Shown here piece after piece: positions 23,004 to 42,809 of a stretch of 64,000 nucleotides of DNA (the first letter of the stretch is position 1; every line of letters starts with the position of its first letter). The notes beneath the pieces are model-generated. The model saw only the letters and a list, made by a program, of their open reading frames with translations, ran no database searches and was not told the DNA's origin. The position numbers and the translations under genes are program-made. Source of the stretch: the human T2T-CHM13v2.0 reference genome, Homo sapiens; NCBI RefSeq assembly GCF_009914755.1, contig NC_060927.1; one strand, written 5' to 3'.

Positions 23004-23789
23004 AAACCAAACATTTTTATAAACTTTGGTGCCTCGGCAGCTGGATTTGAGCTGATCCTGCCATTTATTAACTTCCTTGACCTAACTTAACTGATCTAAG
23101 CTTCTATATTCTCATTTAGAAATAATAACCTCTCTTTATTTAAGTTTTGGTGAGGACTAAATGGAACAATATATGTGATAATATATGTAGCATATTTATC
23201 TGGAGTGGTCAATAAATTAGCTATGATCAGTATTATTTTAAGAACAATGTTGACCTTATACAAATCACTTATACATATAGTTAGCATAAGTGGTACTGAA
23301 AATAATGTAGTACAGTAAAAAAAAAAATCATGGAGTTGGTATCAGACAGATTGAAGTTCAGATCTGGGCTCAGTTACGTGCCTTTTATATGATTCAAGTG
23401 AATGATCAAACAAAGGTGAGGTAGTCAGTGCATCACACTGGGAGTCATGGCATGTCAGTGAGCTCACACAGCTGTGTCTAGGATAACTAAACCAAAACTC
23501 AATTGCTAAGTTTTTAAAGTTTTGATGAATAGAATTTGAAAATCAGCCATCATCTTAGAGCCATACAAATAACATATTCAATATAGTAATATCCATATAT
23601 ATAAAGAGTTCTTACATATCAATAAGAAAAAGGCGACTAAATGGAAAAGTGGGCAAAAGATATGTCAGAAGAAATAGACCAGAATTATAGCTATATACAC
23701 AGTTTTCCAATATGTAATATTCAAATAAATAGAAAATAAAACAATGATATAACTGGTTGTTTCTGGTATATAGGAACCAAATTGATGTT

Positions 23790-27717
<3,928 letters not shown>

Positions 27718-27720
<3 letters not shown>

Positions 27721-27762
27721 TGTGTGTGGGTGTGGGTGTTTGTGTGTGTGTGTGTGTGTGTG
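27718..27762. repeat. Imperfect (TG)n microsatellite
   Basis: Read directly from the sequence. Confidence 0.9.
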
Positions 27763-28911
27763 TTTTAAATTTCCTGTAAGGAGGAAAAATAATTTTCTTT
27801 CTATTCTTCATAGTTCTTAGTGGAAACAAACTCTTGTAGCAAAAGATAAATTAATAAAAGGAAAGCAAATAGAAGTTTTAATAATGTGTATACCTCCTGA
27901 ATACCTGGAGACACCTACAAAAAATGAGTAAATCTCAAAGAAGTGGCTTTGAGTTCATGCTTATCTATGATCTTCAAGTGAAACAAAGAAAGAAGGGTGT
28001 TGGGGAGGTCAGTAATAGGGAGTTGGCCAGGAAAAATATGGTAAACAAGGGTAAGGTTTGTTATGGAAATTTATGTTGGAGCCTTCTCCATTGATAAGAC
28101 TGTAGTAATTTAGAGTCATCTTCTCTTCCTGGTAGACAGAGGAGACACCCTTGCAAATGGAGATTTCCTTTATCTATTGAAACTTCTCTTGCAAAAAGAG
28201 CAATTTCTACTCTTGTTTTCAGAGCTTCTCCTGCTTGCCAAAATAATCATCTCAAAATTAATCTTTATGCCAAAAAAGGTATATTTGGAGTGGCATGTTC
28301 TGGTCTCCTTCAGTCATATTTTGGGGTGCCATGTCCTGATCTTCATCATTCCCTTGAGACCACCTCCTTGGGCCAAGATTGTACCACTGCACTCCGTCCT
28401 GGGCAACAGAGTACAACTCCATCTCAAAAAATTTTAATTAAAATATAAAGAAAATGTAAAGAAAATTATCAGAAGAGCCCATCTCTGTGTTTGGAAAGTG
28501 TGTGTGTCTTTGTTCTCTTGCAGGACTTCCTGTTTCTGCAGACTCTTCTTCCACCCCATGAGCTTTGGAAGCTGCTGGACACTCACGCAGATCTGTTAGC
28601 TGTTACAGAGCATTCTTGTTTTGCTCTCTTCTTCTCCAGAGAGCCTGCCATTGAGACTGCTGTGTCTTCCTGGCACAGTTGACACTTTTCATAGGCTCAG
28701 CTGCCAAATTTTCTGGGTGTGGCCATTGTCTTCAGGTATCAAGCAGTGGAGATATAGGGGATCCCACTTTCACTTTATTGGACAAGCCTTCAAATATACC
28801 ATCTCCACAGTAACAATTCATTGTATTTTTAGGAGCAACACATTTTCCTAATCATGTTTACACATATTATCTCATTAAATCACAATGTCCTCATGAAGTC
28901 ATGAAGGCTTC

Positions 28912-32021
<3,110 letters not shown>

Positions 32022-32147
32022 TTTTGTAGTTTGGTTTCTGCTGCCTTCCCATAGAATGCCTGAATCCCTGATGTAGGCCCAAAGGTGAGGAACCAAGGCT
32101 TGTCAGTTAACTATGTCACAGTTTGTCTGTCTTCCGAGTCAGGATGT

Positions 32148-32602
32148 TGTGGGTTGAATAATGGTCAACCAAAGAGATGAAGTCTTAATTCCTAGAACTT
32201 GTAAATGTTACTTTACTTGGGAGAAGAGCTTCTGCAGATGTGATTAAGTCAAGGATTTTGAGATGGGGAGATTATCATGGATTACCTGGACGGATCCTAA
32301 ATCCAATCATGAGTGTTCTCATAAATCAGAGGTGGGTGAGATCTGATGCAGACACACAGTGGAGAAGGAGATGTGAAGATGGTGGAGATTAAAGTGATGT
32401 GGCCACAAGCCCCAGGTTTGCTGGGGCAGCCACCAAGAGCCAGAAGTGGCAAGGAACAATTCGCCCTTCAAGCACCCAGAAGGAGGCAGCCCTGCTGGAT
32501 TATAGCCATCTGGCCTCCAGAACTGGGGGAGAATACACGTCTGCTGCTCTAAGCCACTAAGTTGGTGGTAATTTGTTACAGCAGCCACAGGAAACAAATA
32601 CA
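32148..32602 (+). mobile_element. MLT1C/D (MaLR) solo LTR
   Basis: tgtgggttgaataatgg...ggtaatttgttacagcagccacaggaaacaaataca. Confidence 0.75.
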
Positions 32603-32899
32603 CAGGTGACAGCAGGCAAGTGTCCAGTCCTGCAGGGGCCCACACCAGCCCTCAGATCTGGCTCGGGAAACACAAAAAGAGGAGCATCCTTCCATTCTGG
32701 CTGTTCAGTCCTTTCCTCCAACTCTTCACCAGACTCCACATCTCCACCTTGCCTCATTCTCTCTGTTCAACTATTTATTAAGAAGTTGCTGTGCACTAAG
32801 CACTGTGCCAAGTATGGAGGAGCAGCTGATAAAAGAATCCTCAGGAACTGAAGATAGAGACTGTTTGGGGTTTAGATCAGCTTGCACTAGAAACTGGGC

Positions 32900-33165
32900 T
32901 TGGGGGGAATTCCACCTTAGTCCCTCAGGCCTTGCTTAACTGGGCTTTGGAGGGGAAGGTGGCTTCCCCCACACCTGCCCTCACTGATGAGGCGGTCCCA
33001 TAGTTCCCACCATCATGACATGGACTAGTAATACCTGAGGGCCCTGAGTTCTCCATCGGCTCACCATTGATCTTTGCTTATCACATACAAAACTCTCATA
33101 AAGGAACTGGGTTTTCCCCAAACTGCGTCAAAACATGAATGATGGTGAGGGGAATTTGCCGAGGT
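32900..33165. promoter_or_regulatory. Candidate CCR8 upstream enhancer: kappaB-like, GATA and CRE half-site cluster
   Basis: GGGGAATTCC 32904-32913, GGGTTTTCCC 33109-33118, GGGAATTTGC 33150-33159, CTTATCA 33077-33083 and TGCGTCA 33124-33130, in non-repeat DNA about 1.5 kb upstream of exon 1. Motif evidence only. Confidence 0.4.
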
Positions 33166-33352
33166 ATGAATTCAGGTACCAGCAGATATTTCCTTTTATT
33201 TTTTCTTTAGAGACAGGTCAGTGGCTCAATCATAGCTCACCTCAAACTGCTGGACTCAAGTGATCCTCCCACTTTAGCTTCCCAAGTAGCTGGGACTACA
33301 AGTGCATGCCACCATGCCTGGCTAATTTTATTTAAAAAATTTGTACAGATGA

Positions 33353-33733
33353 TGCATTAGTCCGTTGTCACACTGCTATAAAGAAAGACCAAGATTGGAT
33401 AATTTATAAAGGAAAGAGGTTAAATTGACTCACAGTTCTGCATTGCTGGGGAGGCCTCAAGAAACTTATAATCATGGTGGAAGGCAAAGGAGAAGCAGGC
33501 ACATTTTTCACAGGTCGGCAGGATGGAGTGAGTGCAAGCAGGGAAAATGCCAGGTGTTTATAAAACCATCAGATCAGATCTCTTGAGACTCACTCACTAT
33601 CATGAGAACAGCATGGGGGAAACTGCCCCCATGATCCAATTAACTCCACCTGGTCCCGCCCTTGACACATGGGGATTATGAGGATTATAATTCAAGATGA
33701 GATTTGGGTAGGGACACAGAGCCAAACCGTATG
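33353..33733 (-). mobile_element. MSTA/THE1-type MaLR solo LTR splitting a minus-strand AluJ (about 33195-33850)
   Basis: tgcattagtccgttgtcacactgctataaag...gggacacagagccaaaccgtat, flanked by gatga/gatgg. Confidence 0.8.
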
Positions 33734-34602
33734 AGATGGGGTCTTGCTATGTTGACCAGTCTGGTCTTGAACTCCTAGGCTCAAGCAATCCTCCTGCCTC
33801 AGCCTCCCAAAATGCTGGAATTACAGATGTGAGCCACCGTACCTGGCATCCAGCAGATATTTCTACTGCATTTCTCCAGGAATGAGTGGGTTGGAGATGA
33901 GGAGATTCTGGAACTTCTGTCATTTCCTCCCAACAATTCTGGGACTCATGTTCACTCTCCTGGGATAGGGGAAACTGACTTAAAGTGATTTTCAAATGGC
34001 ATTCCTGTTGAAAGAGTTAATATATGTACATGCATACAACATACACACACATTTGTGTATGCTACATACCATGGAGGAAAGCCAGTCCTGGTATAAATTG
34101 TATAACTTCAAAATAATAATGGAATTATGATTTCATTTTAATACTGATTTCAATTAAAAATTTTAATAGACTATTTTTTAGAGGTTTTAAGTTTACAGAA
34201 AATCTAGGTAGACAACACAGAAAATTCCCATTAACCCCTGTATTAGTCTGCTAGGACTTCCATAACAAAATACTACAGGCTGAGTAGCTTAAACAACAGA
34301 AATTTGTTTTCCCACAGTTCTGGAGGCTAGAAGACCAAGGTGCCCACAAGTCTGGTTTCTGGTGATGCCTATTTACCTTACTTGCAGATGGCTGCCTTCT
34401 CCCTGTGTCCTCACATGGCCTTTCCTCTGAGCACCTGGAGGCAAGAGAGTGAGCTCTGGTGTGTATTCCTCTACCTAGGAGACACCAGTCCTATTGAATT
34501 AGGGCCTCAGCCTTACGATCTCATTTAACCCTCATTGCCTCCCTTTAGGTGACTAGGTGTGAGGGTGGAGCCCTCAAGAGACTGCCTTCTCTCCATCTGC
34601 TG

Positions 34603-34726
34603 TTTGTAGTGGGAGGATACCTCCAGAGAGGCTGCTGCTCATTGAGCTGCACTCACATGAGGATACAGACTTTGTGAAGAAGGAATTGGCAACACTGAAA
34701 CCTCCAGAACAAAGGCTGTCACTAAG
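34603..34726 (+). other. CCR8: CCR8 non-coding exon 1 (5' UTR); intron about 34727-37214
   Basis: Ends at a strong donor AAG|GTATGT (34726/34727). Matches my recollection of the CCR8 mRNA 5' end (tttgtagtgggaggatacc...). The start position is approximate. Confidence 0.8.
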
Positions 34727-35664
34727 GTATGTGCTACAAGCATCCTTGGGGAAGAAGGGCATGAGTAGGCAGGGGCATTTTTATATCTTTAGAGGATAGG
34801 CAAAGGGAAGACCAAAATTTCAGAGGTCTAGCACAAGAAGTAAAATTTTTTTTTAAATCTTTGCATTTCCTCAGAGCCCACAAACATGCATGTGTCTTAG
34901 TGGCTGCCCATGCTCTGGCTGAGGAGAGCAAACCGTGCCATATTCTCTGCAGGCCTTTAGGAGAGAGTGAAAACTCCTACAAGAGTGGGAAGGTAGATAA
35001 GAGAAGATCCTTTATAATACCAGGCATCTGGGAAGATCTGTCCTTGTGCTGGGTACAGGGCTTCTATCAGGTAACTGAAGGACACCTGGGTGCTGTTCTT
35101 AAGGAAAGAAGCCAGCGAGCAAACTTTCATATGACTAAAGAAGTTGCTGGTGGGTGCCTGTAGTCCCAGCTACTCAAGAGCCTGGGGCAGAAGGATTGCT
35201 TGCGCCCAGAAGTCAGGGCTTTGTGTGAGATCACACCTGCGTATAACTACTGTACTCCAGCTTGGGCAACATAGTGAGACCCTGTCTCTAAAAAAATAAA
35301 TAAATTGCTTGCTTGCTTGCTTGTGCTTTCAAATCATAGAAAAGTAGCAGAGTGGAGAGGGGTGTCTGAATGTAAAGCAAACAAATGCCTTGGAAAAATA
35401 TGTCTGGATTGAAATTGCATTGAATGTATATATCAATTTGAGAAGAATTGTCAAGTTTTATAATTTTTATGTAACTGAATTGCATTTTTATTAGTTTTAT
35501 TCCTAGTAATGCTAGTAATTTTCATTGCTAGTATAATTGGGATCATTTTTCTATTGCATTTATAAAGTTATTTTTTTTCTGGTGCTTAGGAAAGCAATTA
35601 AAAGAATAAACTGATGAATATCATGCAGATATATCTCTAAAACAATAAGCAAAATACAAAGGGA

Positions 35665-35722
35665 AAAACAATATATCATTTATGTAAGTTAAAACAATAT
35701 ATCATTTATGTAAGTTAAAACA
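35665..35722 (+). repeat. Perfect 26-bp tandem duplication in the CCR8 intron
   Basis: aaaacaatatatcatttatgtaagtt twice, followed by aaaaca. Confidence 0.93.
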
Positions 35723-36089
35723 CACAAAAATATATATTGTTTATGGATATATATAAATATGTAAAAGTACAGGGGGAAATTGTTTGGAATGATACATACC
35801 AAATTGGTTTTAGTTGTTGTTTCTGTTATGGGGATAAGTTGTGTAGTTAAAGGGAACATTAGCTTCATCTCTATTGCATCAGAAATAAAAAAAGAAAGAG
35901 GGATGGAAGGAAGAGAGGGAATGAGGGAGGGAGAAAAGAAGGGAGAAAAAAAGAAGGAAGGAAGGAAAAAAAAATAACCCAAAGCATTGTGAGAATATGT
36001 TAGCAGCTGCTAATTCTAGGTGATGGAACTATGGGTATTTACATTTTCTTTGTAAGTTTTGGCTTTTCTCATCTCAGCTGACTCCCTTT

Positions 36090-37145
36090 GGTTTACATAA
36101 CAAAATACAATAGACTGAGTGGCTTAAACAACAGAAAGTGTTGTTTAACATACTTCTAAAGGCTGGAAGTCCAAGACCAAGCTGCCAATGCAGTTGATTT
36201 CTGGTGAGGCTTCTCTACCTGGCTTGCTGATTTCAGCCTTCTTGCTGTGTCCTCACATGGTCTTTACTCCATGCACAAGGGGAGCAAAATTTCTTGTGTC
36301 TCTTTCTCTTCTGTTAAGGACACTAGTTCTATCAGATTAGGGCCCTGCCTTTTTTGGTTTTGTTTCTGTTTTCTTTTTTTTGAGACAGAGTCTCACTCTG
36401 TCACCCAGGCTGGAGTACAGTGGCTTGATCTCGACTCATTGCAACCCCTGCTTCCTGGGTTCAAGAAATTGTCGTGCCTCAGCCTCCCGAGGTAGCTTGG
36501 ATTACAGGCATGTGGCACCATGCCTGGCTAATTTTTGTAATTTTAGTAGAGACGGGGTTTTGCACTGTTGGCCAGGCTTGTCTCGAACTCCTGGCCTCAA
36601 GCAATCCGCCTACCTTGGCCTCCCAAAGTGCTGGGATTACAGGTGTGAGTCACTGTGAGAGCCAGGGCCCTGCCTTTATAACCTCATTTAACCTTTTTTT
36701 TTTTTTTTTAATTTTAATTTTTTTTTTTTTTTTTGAGACAGAATCTCACTCTGTCGCCCAGGATGGAGTGCAGTGGTGTGATCTCGGCTCACAGCAACCT
36801 CCACCTCTTCGGTTCAAGTGATTCTTCTGCCTCAGCCTCCTGAGTAGCTAGGATTACAGGCATGCACCCGCCATGCCCGGCTAATTTTTGTATTTTTAGT
36901 AGAGACGGGGTTTCGCCATGTTGGCAAGGCTGGTCTTGAACCCCTGACCTCAGGTGATCTGCCCACCTTGGCCTCCCAAAGTGCTAGGATTACAGGCATG
37001 AGCCACAGCTCCCGGTCTATCATTTAACCTTAATTACATCTTTAAAGGCCCAAATAGTCTCACCCACTCCAAATAGTCACACCCACACCGGAGGTTGAGC
37101 ACTTCAACACATGAATTTGGGGAGGACACAGTTCAGTCCATAACA
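36090..37145 (-). mobile_element. MLT1A-like LTR interrupted by two minus-strand Alus (about 36350-36665 and 36695-37015) in the CCR8 intron
   Basis: gagtggcttaaacaacagaaa, ggctggaagtccaagaccaag and the terminal gacacagttcagtccataaca; Alu consensus segments. Confidence 0.7.
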
Positions 37146-37228
37146 TCCCCCTAATTTTTAAAAAATAAAAATGTTTTTAAGGAGTGAATGTCTTTTATGT
37201 GTCTCTGTGACCAGGTCCCGCTGCCTTG

Positions 37229-38296
37229 ATGGATTATACACTTGACCTCAGTGTGACAACAGTGACCGACTACTACTACCCTGATATCTTCTCAAGCCCC
37301 TGTGATGCGGAACTTATTCAGACAAATGGCAAGTTGCTCCTTGCTGTCTTTTATTGCCTCCTGTTTGTATTCAGTCTTCTGGGAAACAGCCTGGTCATCC
37401 TGGTCCTTGTGGTCTGCAAGAAGCTGAGGAGCATCACAGATGTATACCTCTTGAACCTGGCCCTGTCTGACCTGCTTTTTGTCTTCTCCTTCCCCTTTCA
37501 GACCTACTATCTGCTGGACCAGTGGGTGTTTGGGACTGTAATGTGCAAAGTGGTGTCTGGCTTTTATTACATTGGCTTCTACAGCAGCATGTTTTTCATC
37601 ACCCTCATGAGTGTGGACAGGTACCTGGCTGTTGTCCATGCCGTGTATGCCCTAAAGGTGAGGACGATCAGGATGGGCACAACGCTGTGCCTGGCAGTAT
37701 GGCTAACCGCCATTATGGCTACCATCCCATTGCTAGTGTTTTACCAAGTGGCCTCTGAAGATGGTGTTCTACAGTGTTATTCATTTTACAATCAACAGAC
37801 TTTGAAGTGGAAGATCTTCACCAACTTCAAAATGAACATTTTAGGCTTGTTGATCCCATTCACCATCTTTATGTTCTGCTACATTAAAATCCTGCACCAG
37901 CTGAAGAGGTGTCAAAACCACAACAAGACCAAGGCCATCAGGTTGGTGCTCATTGTGGTCATTGCATCTTTACTTTTCTGGGTCCCATTCAACGTGGTTC
38001 TTTTCCTCACTTCCTTGCACAGTATGCACATCTTGGATGGATGTAGCATAAGCCAACAGCTGACTTATGCCACCCATGTCACAGAAATCATTTCCTTTAC
38101 TCACTGCTGTGTGAACCCTGTTATCTATGCTTTTGTTGGGGAGAAGTTCAAGAAACACCTCTCAGAAATATTTCAGAAAAGTTGCAGCCAAATCTTCAAC
38201 TACCTAGGAAGACAAATGCCTAGGGAGAGCTGTGAAAAGTCATCATCCTGCCAGCAGCACTCCTCCCGTTCCTCCAGCGTAGACTACATTTTGTGA
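37229..38296 (+). CDS. CCR8: C-C chemokine receptor type 8 (class A GPCR), 355 aa, intronless CDS
   Basis: ORF MDYTLDLSVTTVTDYYYPDIFSSPC...SSVDYIL with 7 hydrophobic segments and the motifs GN, LALSDLL, DRYLAVVHA, FWVPFN and HCCVNPVIY. The true ATG is 37229 (the ORF track starts at the upstream TTG). Stop TGA 38294-38296. Splice acceptor ccag ends at 37214. Confidence 0.99.
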   Translation: MDYTLDLSVTTVTDYYYPDIFSSPCDAELIQTNGKLLLAVFYCLLFVFSLLGNSLVILVLVVCKKLRSITDVYLLNLALSDLLFVFSFPFQTYYLLDQWVFGTVMCKVVSGFYYIGFYSSMFFITLMSVDRYLAVVHAVYALKVRTIRMGTTLCLAVWLTAIMATIPLLVFYQVASEDGVLQCYSFYNQQTLKWKIFTNFKMNILGLLIPFTIFMFCYIKILHQLKRCQNHNKTKAIRLVLIVVIASLLFWVPFNVVLFLTSLHSMHILDGCSISQQLTYATHVTEIISFTHCCVNPVIYAFVGEKFKKHLSEIFQKSCSQIFNYLGRQMPRESCEKSSSCQQHSSRSSSVDYIL

Positions 38297-38403
38297 GGAT
38301 CAATGAAGACTAAATATAAAAAACATTTTCTTGAATGGCATGCTAGTAGCAGTGAGCAAAGGTGTGGGTGTGAAAGGTTTCCAAAAAAAGTTCAGCATGA
38401 AGG

Positions 38404-39624
38404 ATGCCATATATGTTGTTGCCAACACTTGGAACACAATGACTAAAGACATAGTTGTGCATGCCTGGCACAACATCAAGCCTGTGATTGTGTTTATTGA
38501 TGATGTTGAACAAGTGGTAACTTTAAAGGATTCTGTATGCCAAGTGAAAAAAAAAGATGTCTGACCTCCTTACATATGCAAAAATATACCTTCAGAGACT
38601 GTCAGTAGGCTGGAAGAAGTGGATATTGAAGTTTTGACATCAATGATGAGGCTCCAGTTGTCTATTCATTGACTGATGGTGAAATGGCTGGAGTGATTCT
38701 GAATCAAGGTGATTGTGATTATAGTGACAATGAAGATGATGCTATTAATACTGCATAAAAAGTGCCTGTAGATGACATGGTGAAAATATTTGACAGGCTT
38801 ATGGAAGGACTACAGCAGCACGCATTCATAACAGAACAAGAAATTATGTCAGCTTATAAAATCAAACAGAGACTTCTAGACAAAAACCATTGTTGATGAG
38901 GCAGATGCCTCTAGAAGAGACGTTTAAAAGCCATCAAACACAATGCCTCATCTTCCCTGGAGGACCCACTTCCTGATCCCTCAACTGTGTCTGATGTTTC
39001 TTCTCATGTAAGAAATAAAAAATAAAAATAAAAAAAAATATATTGGTATGTAACTACAGGAAAAAAATAAAAAATATATAGTGGACAGTAACCTTTCAAT
39101 CAAAACTCAGTATCATAAGTAGAGACTGAAAACTTGCCGTTATTGATTGTTGTTATTAACAGCTGATACAGGTATTCTGCTGATGCTACTGCTGCCTAGT
39201 TACCATGAACACGTTTTTTCACTATTAATGGTGCGTCATATTTTTTACTTTTAAGTACTTACGTGTGAGTAAGTGTAAGAAAATGATTGCTTATCAGTAG
39301 TATCAATGATTTACTCAATATCTGAATCACCTTGATTCAGAACCATTTCAGCTGTTTCACCATCAGTCAATGAATAACAGCCTCATTGATGTCAAAAACT
39401 TCAATATCCACTTCTTTCAGCCTACTGTAGACTCTGGAAGTATACTTTTTGCATATGTAAGGAAGTCAGACTTTTTTTTTTCACTTGACATACAGAATCC
39501 TTCAAAGTTACCCCTAGTTCAACATCATCAGTAGACAAAATCACGGGGCAGAGGTTGTGCCAGGCATGCACAACTATGTCTTTAGTCGTTGTGTTCCAAG
39601 TGTTGGCAACAAGATATATGGCAT
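38404..39624. repeat. Inverted repeat; arms 38404-38714 and 39325-39624, spacer about 610 bp
   Basis: atgccatatatgttgttgccaacacttggaacac... is the reverse complement of ...gtgttccaagtgttggcaacaagatatatggcat. The arms align along about 300 bp at roughly 85-90% identity by eye. Confidence 0.95.
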
Positions 39625-39675
39625 ATTTCAGATAAGTTCAGAGTCAGGAAAGATGATGGTGCCAAACAACCACAA

Positions 39676-41743
<2,068 letters not shown>

Positions 41744-41747
41744 CTAC

Positions 41748-42126
41748 TGTGATGGTTAATACGGAGTGTCAACTTGATTGGATTGAAGGACACAAAGTAT
41801 CGATCCTGGGTGTGTCTGTGAGGGTGTTGCCAAAAGATATTAACATTTGAGTCAGTGGGCTGGGAAAGGCAGACCCACCCTTAACCTGGGTGGGCACCAT
41901 CTAACAGCTGCCAGCATGGCTAGAATATAAGCAGGCAGAAAAATGTGAAAAGAGAGACTGGCCTAGCCTCCCAAACTACATCTTTCTTCCGTGCTGGATG
42001 CCTCCTGCCCTTGAACATCAGACTCAAGTTCTTCAGTTTTGGAACTCAGACTGGCTCTCCTTGCTCCTCAGCCTGCAGATGGCCTACTGTGGGACCTTGG
42101 GATCATGTGAGTTAATACTTAATAAA

Positions 42127-42171
<45 letters not shown>

Positions 42172-42209
42172 CATTAGTTCTGTCCCTCTAGAAAACCCTG
42201 ACTAATACA
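41748..42209 (+). mobile_element. MLT2A (HERV-L) solo LTR containing a (TA)n tract
   Basis: tgtgatggttaat...ccctgactaataca with 5-bp TSD actac 41743-41747 / 42210-42214. Confidence 0.9.
42130..42169. repeat. (AT)n microsatellite, about 20 units
   Basis: Read directly from the sequence. Confidence 0.95.
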
Positions 42210-42809
42210 ACTACCTTCAGGCTATGTGTATAAGGTATATATAAAACATAAATGAATTCTGTGTTTAGACCTGGGTCCCAACCCCAAAATATCTCATTAT
42301 GTATACACAAATATTCCAAAATCTAAAAAACAAAACAAAACGAAACAAAACAAAAAACCAAAATCTGAAACACTTCTGATCCCAAGCATTTAGGATAAGG
42401 GATATTCAACCTGTAAGTTAAAATATTTAACTATGATTGGAAGTTTGTCTATTTTTCATTTTAATTATGTAAATTTTTGCAGTATATATCTTGAAGCTAC
42501 GTTATTAGGTGAATGCATAAATAGTATTGTTATGACTTTTTATTGAATTGACTCTTTTAGCATTATGAAATGCCTCTTTCTCTCCAGTAATACTTCTTGT
42601 CTTAGTATCTACTATGCTTAGCATTAATATAGCCACACTGGTTTTTCTTTTGATTAGTGTATATGTTGTGTATTTCCATGTTCTTTCACTTTAAACCAAA
42701 CAACTCTCCTATATTTAAATATTATAATATATTATATATTAATATTATATTATTATATTTTAATGTTATTTAAATATTCTTTTGTAAGCAGAATTTAGTT
42801 TGGGCTCTT

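Noticed and set aside
37226-37228. 356-aa CCR8 with an extra N-terminal residue
   Set aside because: The ORF caller used TTG; the ATG is at 37229.
37292-38158. Antisense and alternate-frame ORFs over CCR8
   Set aside because: Short shadows of the real CDS with no independent support.
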